Assembly: GCA_029246845.1 (NCBI GenBank)
Contig: JAQWMJ010000053.1
Span: forward strand, 1 to 33,823
Reading direction: 5' to 3'
DNA from: Thermodesulfobacteriota bacterium
Lineage (GTDB): Bacteria; Desulfobacterota_D; UBA1144
DNA: 33,823 nucleotides
Below the pieces are notes generated by a model, which worked only from the letters and a program-made list of their open reading frames with translations, had not been told where the DNA came from and did no database searches. A program made the translations under genes and the position numbers. Positions 19,145 through 28,754 of this stretch are shown piece after piece; positions within the stretch are counted from its first letter, which is position 1, and the number at the start of each line of letters is the position of its first letter.

Positions 19145-20494
19145 TTATATAATCAACAAAGCTATAAACAAATATGATATTGCAGAAAACATATCATTTG
19201 CCATTGTAACAAAAGGTCCAGAGCCATTTGCGGGATCCATTTTAAGCTTATTAAGCATTAATGGAAAGGCAGCACCAAAGATTGCAGACATAACTGAGGC
19301 TAATGACAAAGAAAAGAATATAACAGTGAAGAATTTTATCCCATCTTGAGTATCACCGTTAATATAAAATCCTGCTAGCCCTGCAATAAGGCCACATATT
19401 GCACCTAAAACTAATGATAACTTAAGTTCCGAAAATATGACCTTAACTGCTTGAGAGGTATTGATAGTTCCCATTCCAAGTGCTCTAATGATAATCGCGG
19501 ATGTTTGAATCCCTACACTACCACCAGTAGCCATAACAGCAGGCATGAAAGCAGCTAGTAGTATAAAGTTTTCTAACGTTCCGCTGAAATAGATTGATAT
19601 TATAAAAGCTATAACAATTTCACCAAGCAGTGTTATTAAAAGCCAGGGAAGCCTGGATCTTGTCTTAGATAAGAAGCTAGAATATATAGGGTGATTATAT
19701 TCTCCCACACCTGCTAAAGAATATATATCTTCTTCAGCTTCCTCAGTTATAACATCGATAATATCATCTGAAGTTATTCTTCCTAAAAGTCTTTCATTTT
19801 CATCTATAACAGGTAGTGAGACAATGTTGTAATTCGCAAAAATAATACTAACCTCTTCCTGATCAAGATCTGGAGGAACTGAAACTTCTATCTCCTCCAT
19901 TATTGAGCTTATCTTCGACCCAGGATTCGCAAGAATTAAATTTCTAAGAGAAACATAACCTACAAGCTTATCATTTTCATTAGTGACATATATCAAATAA
20001 AAATCTGGAACATCATTAGCTATAAGTCTTATCCAGTTAATCGCATCTTTAATTATGGATGAATCTTTAACTTCTACTAGTTCTGTTTGCATGATTCCGC
20101 CAGCAGTATCTTCTTGATATTGAAGTAGCGTTTGAACTTCATTGGAATCTTGTGGATTCATATTCTCAAGTATTTCTTTTGATTTCTTTTCATCTAGTTC
20201 CGAAATTAGATCTGTCGCATCATCAGATTCTAGTTCTTCAACGACATTTAATATGGACTTATTATCTAGTACTTTTAGAATTTTAGTTCTAATATCTTCT
20301 GGCAGCTCTAGAATGATTTCTGAGGATATATTGGCATCTAAAGCTGAAAGTATCTGACAAATTTCTTCTTCATTAAATCTAATTAATACATTAGATATAT
20401 CAGCTGGGTTAAGATTTTCTAATGATTGTTGAACAGATGAAAAGTCTTTTCTGTCAATAAAGTCTAATAATTCCTTATGTATTTCTAGATTCAT
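19145..20494 (-). CDS. mgtE: Magnesium transporter MgtE
   Basis: PADI, ESDDATD, YQEDTAGGIM, CBS pair, RLPWL, GGSVGIQ, DPANGSGPFVTMAND. Confidence 0.96.
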   Translation of the reverse strand: MNLEIHKELLDFIDRKDFSSVQQSLENLNPADISNVLIRFNEEEICQILSALDANISSEIILELPEDIRTKILKVLDNKSILNVVEELESDDATDLISELDEKKSKEILENMNPQDSNEVQTLLQYQEDTAGGIMQTELVEVKDSSIIKDAINWIRLIANDVPDFYLIYVTNENDKLVGYVSLRNLILANPGSKISSIMEEIEVSVPPDLDQEEVSIIFANYNIVSLPVIDENERLLGRITSDDIIDVITEEAEEDIYSLAGVGEYNHPIYSSFLSKTRSRLPWLLITLLGEIVIAFIISIYFSGTLENFILLAAFMPAVMATGGSVGIQTSAIIIRALGMGTINTSQAVKVIFSELKLSLVLGAICGLIAGLAGFYINGDTQDGIKFFTVIFFSLSLASVMSAIFGAAFPLMLNKLKMDPANGSGPFVTMANDMFSAISYLFIALLII

Positions 20495-20534
20495 GATTCA
20501 CCAAAATATTCAATCTATAGGTTAATATATTTTT

Positions 20535-21383
20535 ATGTTACTTAAAAGAAATTCCTTGCTGGCTTTCGAACTAGTCACTTTCTCACATACTTTGTTCGTA
20601 CTACCTCTAATATTTTCTGGCTACTTGATTGCTTATGATGAAATCATAATAAAAGACATAATTTTAATTTTAATTGCTGCGGTATCCGCCAGAACAATAG
20701 GCATGCTTCTTAATAGGATAATAGATGCAGAAATAGATTTGAGAAATCCTAGAACTTCAACTAGACCTATTCCATCAGGAAGAGCTTCTAAAAGATTTTT
20801 ATTCCTATTCCTTATCTTAAGCTCTTTAATATTTTTTATAACTTGTTGGTTTATTTGTGATTTTGTATTTTTCTTGTCCCCAATCCCTATAATGCTTTTT
20901 ACTTTGTACCCGTACACCAAAAGGTTCACTCCTTTTTGTCATTTCTTTCTAGGAGCAACTTTGTTTTTAGGACCTATCGCAGGGGGAGTGGCCGCAAACT
21001 GTAATATTGACGGTTTTTATTTTACTTTACCAATAGGTGTATTTACTTTTTTTTGGATTTCAGGCTTTGATATTTTATACGCTATGCAAGACTATGATCA
21101 TGATATCAAGAATAAAATATTCTCTATGCCCTCAATTTATGGAACTAAAAATGCTATCGTTACCTCCTCTATATGCTTTATTTTTTCTATTACCAGTCTG
21201 GTCTACTATGCGGTTTTATATAAAAGTAATTTTTTAAGTTTTTTTATAATATTATTAATAGCCATAAATTTTTCCATACAGATAATTAATTCATTAAAAA
21301 ATAACTATTCTTTCTTTAAATATAACTCTTATGTTGGATTACTAATTTTAATATTAATTATTTCAGATATATTATTTACATGA
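20535..21383 (+). CDS. UbiA-family polyprenyltransferase (MqnP-like, futalosine pathway)
   Basis: FSHTLFVLP, NRIIDAEIDLRNPRT..RPIPSG, YPYTKRFT..CHFFLG, GFDILYAMQD; clustered with mqnE. Confidence 0.9.
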   Translation: MLLKRNSLLAFELVTFSHTLFVLPLIFSGYLIAYDEIIIKDIILILIAAVSARTIGMLLNRIIDAEIDLRNPRTSTRPIPSGRASKRFLFLFLILSSLIFFITCWFICDFVFFLSPIPIMLFTLYPYTKRFTPFCHFFLGATLFLGPIAGGVAANCNIDGFYFTLPIGVFTFFWISGFDILYAMQDYDHDIKNKIFSMPSIYGTKNAIVTSSICFIFSITSLVYYAVLYKSNFLSFFIILLIAINFSIQIINSLKNNYSFFKYNSYVGLLILILIISDILFT

Positions 21384-21928
21384 GAACTGTAATAGCAATT
21401 ACTGGAGCTTCAGGGTCAAATTTTGCGGTAAATTTCATTACAAAGTGCCCAAACGAAAAGTTTCTAGTAGCCTCAAAATGGGGCAAAAGAGTTGTGCACG
21501 AAGAACTCGGTCTAAAATTTGAAGAGCTTGAGTCTATGGTTGATAACACATACTCTGATTCGGATTTAGCCTCACCTTTTGCTTCTGGAAGTAATTATTT
21601 TGATTCCCTTGTAATTGTTCCTTGCTCTGTCTCAACTCTCAACAAAATAGCGTCAGGTATTTCAGATACACTTATTACTAGAATGGCCCAAGTAGCTCTT
21701 AAAGAAAGAAGAAAACTTGTTATTGCTTTAAGGGAGACCCCGCTAGACTCTATAACCTTAGAAAACGCATTAAAACTTTCTAAGGCTGGAGCAATCATAG
21801 CCCCCGTTTCTCCTGGCTTATATTTAGAGGAAACTTCTATAGCCGACCTGGCAGATACTTTTTCAGACAAACTTCTTAGTTTAGTTGGAGTCCACAAAGA
21901 AAATGGTTGGAAGAATGAGGATATATAG
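21380..21928 (+). CDS. ubiX: Flavin prenyltransferase UbiX family
   Basis: AITGASG, ASGS, VPCSVSTL..IASG, LKERRKL, RETP. Confidence 0.93.
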   Translation: MRTVIAITGASGSNFAVNFITKCPNEKFLVASKWGKRVVHEELGLKFEELESMVDNTYSDSDLASPFASGSNYFDSLVIVPCSVSTLNKIASGISDTLITRMAQVALKERRKLVIALRETPLDSITLENALKLSKAGAIIAPVSPGLYLEETSIADLADTFSDKLLSLVGVHKENGWKNEDI

Positions 21929-21930
21929 CT

Positions 21931-23700
21931 TTGCTAGGACAAAATTTTAATGATTTAAACTCGTATATTACTTTTCTAGATAAAATCGGTGATTTAAAAA
22001 GAATAAAGACTGAAGTAGATCCAATTCTTGAAATAAGTGAGATTAGTTGCAAAACCATTGAGCAAGATGGACCTGCCTTGCTTTTTGAAAATGTTAAAGG
22101 ATCATCTTTCCCCGTAGCAACTAATTTATTTGGATCTGAAGAAAGACTTAGGCTTGCTTTAGGATGTAATCCAAAAGAATTAGGTGAAGAAATATTATCT
22201 TTTGCAGAAAAAGCAATGCCACCAAAGTTAGACAACCTATTTAAATCTCTTCCTTTTATAAGAAGGCTTACTAATTTTCGTTCCAAGGAGCAAGCCTTCA
22301 ACCCCCCCTGCCAGCAAATTGAGGATGCAATCAACCTGGAAGATTTGCCAATAATTAAATGTTGGCCTGAAGACGGAGGAAGGTTCATTACTATGGGGTT
22401 AACAATTACAGAAAGTCCTATAAATGGAAAATCAAATATGGGAATGTATAGACTTCAAATGCATGAAAAAGATAAGTTAGGTATGCATTGGCACCCCCAT
22501 AAAGGTGGAGCTACTCATTACCATGAGGCAAAACAATTAGGTCAAACTTTTCCAGCAGCAATTGTTTTAGGAGGAGACCCCTCGTTAATATTTGCAGCTA
22601 TTGCTCCATTGCCCGAGAATATAAATGAACTATTATTTTCAGCTTTTCTTAAAAGAAAGCCGATAACTTTATGCAAAGCAAAGACATCGAATCTAAGAGT
22701 TCCAGCAAATGCCGAGTTCATTATAGAGGGCACCGTTCCATTAGATAAAACTATGCTAGAAGGTCCGTTTGGAGATCATTTTGGTTACTATTCAATGGAA
22801 GGAAATTTCCCATATATGAATGTTAAAGCTATTACTAGAAAGCATAATGCAATTTTCCCAGCCACAGTAGTTGGTAGGCCTCCAAAAGAGGACATGTTTT
22901 TGGGAATGGCTGCAACTAATATTTTTGCCCCAATATTAAAATTAGTAACCCCCGAAATAACTGATTTATGGGCTTATTATGAGGCAGGGTTTCACAATTT
23001 ACTTGTTTTGTCTATCGATGAAAGATATCCAAAGAATTCCGTCAAGGCCATGATGTCAGTTTGGGGAACTGGTCAACTGTCGTTGACTAAATGCATAATT
23101 ACAATCCCTAGCTTTATTGATCCTCGAGATATTAGAAAAGTCTTTGGATATTTGGGTGCCAATTTTAATCCTTTAAATGATTTAACTCTTCTTCAAACAA
23201 CTCCATTAGATACTCTAGATTTTACAAGTGGAAAAATGAATGTTGGAAGCAAGATGGGTTTAAATGCGATAGGGGAAGGTATGGAGATATCTCAAGATAA
23301 CTTTCTAGAGATATCAATTGAAGACCCCAGGAACAAATATAATAAAATTAAAGATTATAGAGTAATTAATAAGAACATTATTATTATTAATTCTCAATTT
23401 GATCCCAAGCTAGTTTCAAGAGAAATTCAAGAGTCCAATATTTTAGAAAATTTTAGAATGATTTTTATAGTCGGAACAGATATTAAAATTCACGATGATA
23501 TTGATTTGGTGTGGGGAATCTTTACTAGATTTGATCCTACATTGGATATTTCTTTTAAAAACTGCGATATAAGAAATTCAAGCGTTCAATTCTCAGGAAC
23601 AATGATTATCGATGCCACGCAAAAAGACTGGTATCCTAAGGTTCTACATATGAGTCCAGATATAGTTGATAAGGTTGAAAAAAATTGGAAAAATTATTAG
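21931..23700 (+). CDS. UbiD-family prFMN decarboxylase (menaquinone biosynthesis, MqnL-like long form)
   Basis: GPALLFENV, CWPEDGGRFIT, NMGMYRLQ, MHWHPHKGG, EGPFGDHFGYY, VGRPPKED; TTG start. Confidence 0.92.
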   Translation: MLGQNFNDLNSYITFLDKIGDLKRIKTEVDPILEISEISCKTIEQDGPALLFENVKGSSFPVATNLFGSEERLRLALGCNPKELGEEILSFAEKAMPPKLDNLFKSLPFIRRLTNFRSKEQAFNPPCQQIEDAINLEDLPIIKCWPEDGGRFITMGLTITESPINGKSNMGMYRLQMHEKDKLGMHWHPHKGGATHYHEAKQLGQTFPAAIVLGGDPSLIFAAIAPLPENINELLFSAFLKRKPITLCKAKTSNLRVPANAEFIIEGTVPLDKTMLEGPFGDHFGYYSMEGNFPYMNVKAITRKHNAIFPATVVGRPPKEDMFLGMAATNIFAPILKLVTPEITDLWAYYEAGFHNLLVLSIDERYPKNSVKAMMSVWGTGQLSLTKCIITIPSFIDPRDIRKVFGYLGANFNPLNDLTLLQTTPLDTLDFTSGKMNVGSKMGLNAIGEGMEISQDNFLEISIEDPRNKYNKIKDYRVINKNIIIINSQFDPKLVSREIQESNILENFRMIFIVGTDIKIHDDIDLVWGIFTRFDPTLDISFKNCDIRNSSVQFSGTMIIDATQKDWYPKVLHMSPDIVDKVEKNWKNY

Positions 23701-24791
23701 ATAATTTTGATAAGCTTTGTTTAGACGATAATTTAATCTCTATTAAAGAAAAAATATTAAATAATAAGAGGCTTGGGTTCGAAGAGGCTGAGATGATTAT
23801 GAATACTAGGGATTTAAACTCTTTAGGCTTGCTTGCAAAGTATAAGAAATTTTCTAAAGATGGAAAAAAGATTTATTTTGTAGTAAATAGACATATTAAT
23901 CCTACAAATATTTGTGCAATATCTTGTAAGTTCTGTGCGTTTGGTCAAAAAAAGAAATCCCCCGATGCCTACGAGATGACCATAGACCACATACTGTCTT
24001 TATTAGATGAAGAGTTAAAGGAAATACACATTGTGGGCGGTCTTCATCCTGACTGGAAGTTTGATAAATATCTGGAAATTATAAGAGAAGTAAGTAATGC
24101 AATGCCTAGTGCTCATATTAAGGCCTTTACAGCTGTTGAAATTGATTGGTTCAGTCAAATATCGGGTTTTAAGGTTGAAAAAGTAATTTCTGATTTAATG
24201 GAGGCTGGAGTCGATGCTTTACCCGGAGGAGGAGCTGAAGTTTTTGCTCCTGAGGTAAGAAAAAAGATATGTTCCCCTAAAACAACAGGAGATTCATGGC
24301 TAAGTATTCATAGAGCAGCTCATAAACTTGGGCTTCCTTCTAATGCTACTATTTTATATGGACATCTTGAGTCTAAATATGATGTTATAGACCATCTTGA
24401 TAAGCTGAGAAATCTGCAAGATGAAACAAGTGGATTCTTTGCCTTTATTCCAGTTCTCTTTCAACCATTCAATACAAGATTAAAACACATAAAACCTTTT
24501 CCTTTTTCATATGACTTAAAAGTTCATGCTCTTGCAAGACTTTACTTGGATAACTTCCCACACATCAAAGCATATTGGATAACGTTAGGAGAAAAAGCTG
24601 CTCAGGTTACTTTTCACTATGGTGTTTCTGACGCTGATGGAACTATAATCTCCGAAAAAATAATACACGACGCGGGTGCAAAGTCTGAAATTGGACATAC
24701 CAGGGATTTTTTTGTTAACATGATAAAGGACTCAGGTTATGTTCCGGTTGAAAGAGATGCTTTATACAATGAGCTAAAGATATATGAGTAA
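23685..24791 (+). CDS. mqnE: Aminofutalosine synthase (radical SAM)
   Basis: NRHINPTNICAISCKFCAF, EIHIVGGLHP, HIKAFTAVEI, PGGGAEVF, NATILYGH, DNFPHIKAYW. Confidence 0.92.
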   Translation: MEKLLDNFDKLCLDDNLISIKEKILNNKRLGFEEAEMIMNTRDLNSLGLLAKYKKFSKDGKKIYFVVNRHINPTNICAISCKFCAFGQKKKSPDAYEMTIDHILSLLDEELKEIHIVGGLHPDWKFDKYLEIIREVSNAMPSAHIKAFTAVEIDWFSQISGFKVEKVISDLMEAGVDALPGGGAEVFAPEVRKKICSPKTTGDSWLSIHRAAHKLGLPSNATILYGHLESKYDVIDHLDKLRNLQDETSGFFAFIPVLFQPFNTRLKHIKPFPFSYDLKVHALARLYLDNFPHIKAYWITLGEKAAQVTFHYGVSDADGTIISEKIIHDAGAKSEIGHTRDFFVNMIKDSGYVPVERDALYNELKIYE

Positions 24792-25598
24792 AGTAGATGT
24801 TTTTTTTTATCTGTTTTCAGTAGAAAATTTGATTCTGGCAATCCAGCAGCAGTAATTATTCTTGATAATAATGACTTTAATAACAAATCCTTCATGCAAA
24901 GAGTTGCTAAGGAAATAAATTTCTCTGAAACAGCATTTTTGAATATCGATAATAGCAAATTTCTTATAAAGTGGTTCTCTCCCCGAAAAGAAGTAGATAT
25001 CTGTGGTCATGCTACCATTGCTGCTTTTGAGCTATTAACTGTTAAGAATATTTCCAGTTTGAATGAATGGGTAGAGATTAAGTCTAAAAAATATAGTTTT
25101 AAATTAAGAAAAGATTCCAAGTCTAACACTATCTCTCTTCACTTACCTGTCTTTGATTTAAAAGAATGTTCTGTGAATGAACTAAGCTCAGTAATTGATA
25201 TTGCTTTAATTAAAAGAATTTCATGTTCAGATTTGGATTATATTATTGAAGTAGATTCTTTAAATAGGTTGAATGAGATTAAAATAGATTTTAATAAACT
25301 TGCCAAAATCAATAAAAGAGGACTAATTGTTTGCTTCTTGGGTAAACAGCAAGATCATATTTATTTCAGGTATTTTTGTCCTGCTCTTGGCTTTAAAGAA
25401 GACCCTGGTACTGGTAGTGCATTGCCCTCGTTATACACTTTTTTACAAAAAAGAGTAGATTTTGCATCAAGAATTAGCTTTTTTCAGCAATCTCATAGAA
25501 AAAGTGAGGGATTTGTTCGTAAACTTGAAAATGAAGATATTATATTATTAGAGACCGAAGTCTCTAATAATTATCATAAGACTTTAGAAATAGACTAA
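24784..25598 (+). CDS. PhzF-family isomerase/epimerase; 5' end frameshifted in a T9 tract as assembled
   Basis: VFSRKFDSGNPAAV (upstream of track start 24894), AKEINFSETAF, EVDICGHAT, RYFCP, EDPGTGSA. The ATG at 24784 is one base out of frame with the body. Confidence 0.8.
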
Positions 25599-25636
25599 GT
25601 CTTTTTTTTATTGTATAAATATTCCTTTATTTATCT

Positions 25637-25708
25637 GGCGGTGTAGCCAAGCGGTAAGGCGATGGTCTGCAAAACCATTATACCCCGGTTCGAATCCGGG
25701 CACCGCCT
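25637..25708 (+). tRNA. tRNA-Cys(GCA)
   Basis: GGCGGTG/CACCGCC acceptor stem with U73, anticodon arm ATGGT-CTGCAAA-ACCAT, GGTTCGAATCC. Confidence 0.96.
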
Positions 25709-25761
25709 AATATATTAAGTTTCCTGAGTCATAATTAAAATCGATTTTAAATACATATTTA

Positions 25762-26682
25762 TTACGAAAGACAATCTTTTAAACTTTTTGTAAGCTTATC
25801 CATCAGTTGCAGGTATAGATCTCTACCAGGCTCTAAATCAAAACCAAGTGGATCCATTGTTCCTTCTTTTGCATTTGTATCTTTAATGATTGTTTGTACA
25901 ACTTTGCTTGAGAACTGAGGCTCTTTAAAGATGCACACAACATTTGATTGTCTGATTTTGGATTTAATTTCATCGATTCTTTTTGGAGTAGGAGATATTT
26001 CATGATTAACAGAGATAGAACCTGCTGAATTTAATCCAAATTCTTTTTCATAATATTGATATCCATCATGAAAAACAATAAAAGGCTTATTTTTTATTCT
26101 ATTAAGCTCTGTAGCCATGTATTTTTTTTTTTCGTTTATTTGTTGGATAAAAATTTTGGCATTTTTTTTATAAATAGTTTTTTTATTAGGATTTACTTTC
26201 GATAACTCTACAACGACTTGTTTAGTAATTTTTTTTACATTGTTAGTATCAAGCCAAAAGTGTGGATCAAATTCTCCATGAGAATGATTGTGACGATCTC
26301 CACTATCTTTTTCTTCCCAAATTCCACCCTCCCTAAAAGAATGAAAAGTTAATTTACTGTTATTTGCTATAGAAATCTTCTTGCTACTTTTTTTTATGGT
26401 TTTTAAAGGTCTAGCAAGAAATGTTTCAAGCGAACTATCATCTATGTAAAAAATTACATCAGCATTTTGGAGTATTTTTATGTGAGATGGTTTTAATTGA
26501 AAATTGTGTGGAGAGTAAGATCCATCGAGGAGTAAATCAACACTGTTATCATCACCAACTACATTTGATACGATTGAGTGAAGTGGTTTGATAGATGATA
26601 CAATTTTCATATCTTCCGCGTATGATACTTTAGTTAAAAATAAACATGTTAAGGTAATTAATATTGTATTTATATATCTCAT
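25762..26682 (-). CDS. znuA: Zinc ABC transporter substrate-binding protein
   Basis: Signal peptide from ATG 26682 (MRYINTIL...SYA), SIKPLHSI, SPHNFQLKPS, His loop DRHNHSHGEFDPHFW, VFHDGYQY, CIFKEPQF, DPLG. Confidence 0.93.
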   Translation of the reverse strand: MRYINTILITLTCLFLTKVSYAEDMKIVSSIKPLHSIVSNVVGDDNSVDLLLDGSYSPHNFQLKPSHIKILQNADVIFYIDDSSLETFLARPLKTIKKSSKKISIANNSKLTFHSFREGGIWEEKDSGDRHNHSHGEFDPHFWLDTNNVKKITKQVVVELSKVNPNKKTIYKKNAKIFIQQINEKKKYMATELNRIKNKPFIVFHDGYQYYEKEFGLNSAGSISVNHEISPTPKRIDEIKSKIRQSNVVCIFKEPQFSSKVVQTIIKDTNAKEGTMDPLGFDLEPGRDLYLQLMDKLTKSLKDCLS

Positions 26683-26683
26683 A

Positions 26684-26700
26684 ATGTTATAGTATAACAT
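26684..26700. promoter_or_regulatory. Zur operator (perfect palindrome ATGTTATA-G-TATAACAT) between divergent znuA and zur
   Basis: Perfect 8-1-8 inverted repeat matching the proteobacterial Zur consensus ATGTTATAnTATAACAT; overlaps the znuA extended -10 (TGTTATACT on the minus strand). Confidence 0.9.
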
Positions 26701-26718
26701 GAATAAGGAGTTTTCAAA

Positions 26719-27183
26719 TTGCATGATTGTATAAACCATAAAACTTGTATTGATGACGCTTTAAAAGAAGCAAGATTAATCTGTGAGGAAAAAGGATTGC
26801 GATTTACTCAAATACGAGAGTTCATATTAAGCATGGTCTGGGAAAACCATAAACCTACAAAAGCCTATGAGCTTTTAGATAAGATTCCCAGCATGAACTA
26901 TTCTCCTCAGCCTCCTACCGTTTACAGAGCCCTAGACTTTTTATTAGCTAATGGTTTTATCCACAAAATAAATAGCTTAAACGCCTTTGTGGGGTGTTCG
27001 CATCCCCTTAAGCATGATGAATGTTATTTTATGATATGTAGAAAGTGTTATGAAATTAAGGAATGTTGTGATGATCAAATTACTAGTGTCATCAAAAAAA
27101 AATTAGATTCTAGTCAATTCTCTTCCAAAAATATTGCGATTGAAATTAGTGGGGATTGCTATGAGTGTTCAAAAGAATTATAG
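26719..27183 (+). CDS. zur: Fur-family zinc uptake regulator
   Basis: KAYELL, PPTVYRALDFL, IHKINSLNAFVGC, CRKC...GDCYEC; TTG start with SD AAGGAG; lies in the znu locus. Confidence 0.92.
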   Translation: MHDCINHKTCIDDALKEARLICEEKGLRFTQIREFILSMVWENHKPTKAYELLDKIPSMNYSPQPPTVYRALDFLLANGFIHKINSLNAFVGCSHPLKHDECYFMICRKCYEIKECCDDQITSVIKKKLDSSQFSSKNIAIEISGDCYECSKEL

Positions 27184-27191
27184 GTCCCAAA

Positions 27192-27914
27192 ATGTTAATT
27201 AGAGCTGAAAATTTATCTGTTATTCGAGGGAAAAAAGAAATTCTCAAAGATATTAATTTAGAAATTGATAGTGGTGACTTTATAACTATTATAGGACCAA
27301 ATGGAGCCGGAAAATCGATGTTGCTGAAGTGCCTCATGGGTTTTTTTAATCCTGATGCAGGAAGAATTGTGAAATCAGCTGGACTTAAAGTATCTTATGC
27401 GCCACAAGATTTTGTACCCGAAGAATCTATCCCAATAACTGCTCATGATTTTATTAAACTTAATAAACAAGTTGGTGAGTTGGAAATTAAAAAAATCGCT
27501 AACGAGTTCAATATAGAGACCCTCTTAGATATGCAAATTTCACATTTATCGGGAGGTGAACTTCAAAAGGTGTTAATAGCGAGGTCTTTAATAGAGAATC
27601 CTAACTTGCTTATTCTCGATGAACCAACACAAAATTTAGATGTAAGCGGACAATTGAGTTTCTATAAGTTCCTAGATCAGATATTTAATGATAGAAAATT
27701 AAGCATACTGATGGTTTCTCATGATTTACATATGGTTATGTCGTCTACAAAAAAGGTTATATGTTTGTCGAACCATATTTGTTGCTCCGGTGAGCCTTTA
27801 GTTATTACTAAAGATCCTGAATTCATTTCACTGTTTGGTAAGGATTTTGCTGAGATGATGTCAGTTTATAAGCATGATTTTGACCATAAACATGAAGGAC
27901 ATTCTCATGTTTGA
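27192..27914 (+). CDS. znuC: Zinc ABC transporter ATP-binding protein
   Basis: GPNGAGKS, LSGGELQK, LDEPT, VSHDLHMVM, HICCSGEP, His-rich tail HDFDHKHEGHSH. ATG 27192 preferred. Confidence 0.93.
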   Translation: MLIRAENLSVIRGKKEILKDINLEIDSGDFITIIGPNGAGKSMLLKCLMGFFNPDAGRIVKSAGLKVSYAPQDFVPEESIPITAHDFIKLNKQVGELEIKKIANEFNIETLLDMQISHLSGGELQKVLIARSLIENPNLLILDEPTQNLDVSGQLSFYKFLDQIFNDRKLSILMVSHDLHMVMSSTKKVICLSNHICCSGEPLVITKDPEFISLFGKDFAEMMSVYKHDFDHKHEGHSHV

Positions 27915-28698
27915 ATCATATATCTCAAATGCTTTATTTGCGGGAATTTGTGTAGCTATAATTGGCGGTGGCTTAGGTTGTTTTGTAGTATGGAAAAAAA
28001 TGGCATATTTTGGAGATTCTTTGTCGCACAGCAGCTTGTTGGGAATAGCTTTGGGCATAGCTTTAGGAATTAATACAACAATTGGAACTTTTTTAGTTTG
28101 TTCTGTCTTTGCGGGACTTCTTGTCTATCTTCAAAATAAAAAAATTTTTTCTAATGATACATTGTTAGGCATATTGGCACATTCCTCATTATCTATCGGT
28201 ATTGTTTCGATAAGTTTGTTGAATAAAAAAGTAAACTTAGATTCGTACCTATTTGGTGATATTTTAACGGTCACCTCTGAAGAGCTACTTTGGTTTTTCA
28301 TTTCAACATTACTTGTAATAATCGCTTTGTCTATAATCTGGAACAAATTAGTCTTGATGACTATTGATGAAAATATAGCAAAATCAGAAAATATAAATAC
28401 AAATGTTATTCAAACAATTTTTTTAACTCTACTTATAATATTTGTTGCTACATGCGTTAAAATAGTCGGAATATTATTGATTACCTCTATGTTGATTATC
28501 CCAGCTGCTTCCGCCCAGCAAATATCTAATTCCCCACTTCAAATGGGCATAAATTCATCAATTATAGGTATTTTGTCTATAATTCTAGGGTTGTATTCCT
28601 CTGTTTTATTTGATACTCCAACGGGCCCAACAATAATTGTTATGTTGGTAATTATCTTTACAATTATTTTCCCAATTTCCAAAATAAAAAGTACTTGA
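27907..28698 (+). CDS. znuB: Zinc ABC transporter permease
   Basis: LGCFVVWKKMAYFGDSLSH, DTLLGILAHS, YLFGDIL, VGILLITSMLIIPA, DTPTGP. ATG 27907 overlaps the znuC stop. Confidence 0.94.
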   Translation: MFESYISNALFAGICVAIIGGGLGCFVVWKKMAYFGDSLSHSSLLGIALGIALGINTTIGTFLVCSVFAGLLVYLQNKKIFSNDTLLGILAHSSLSIGIVSISLLNKKVNLDSYLFGDILTVTSEELLWFFISTLLVIIALSIIWNKLVLMTIDENIAKSENINTNVIQTIFLTLLIIFVATCVKIVGILLITSMLIIPAASAQQISNSPLQMGINSSIIGILSIILGLYSSVLFDTPTGPTIIVMLVIIFTIIFPISKIKST

Positions 28699-28712
28699 TT
28701 CTAAGCAAAAAC

Positions 28713-28734
28713 TTGTTATGTTATAATATTACAT
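28713..28734 (+). promoter_or_regulatory. Second Zur operator overlapping an extended -10 promoter
   Basis: ATGTTATA-A-TATTACAT (28718-28734) differs from the perfect palindrome at one arm position; contains TG-T-TATAAT (28719-28727); a weaker copy is offset by 5 nt (28713-28729). Confidence 0.8.
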
Positions 28735-28754
28735 TTTAAGGGGGGAAGGTTAAG

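Noticed and set aside
23685..24791. Radical SAM gene as cofH (F420 synthesis), given the nearby LLM enzyme
   Set aside because: The motifs (HIKAFTAVEI, HIKAYW) and the UbiA/UbiX/UbiD context fit MqnE better.
25591..25609. Intrinsic terminator AGAC-TAA-GTCT followed by a T-run after the PhzF gene
   Set aside because: A 4-bp stem is too weak to call.
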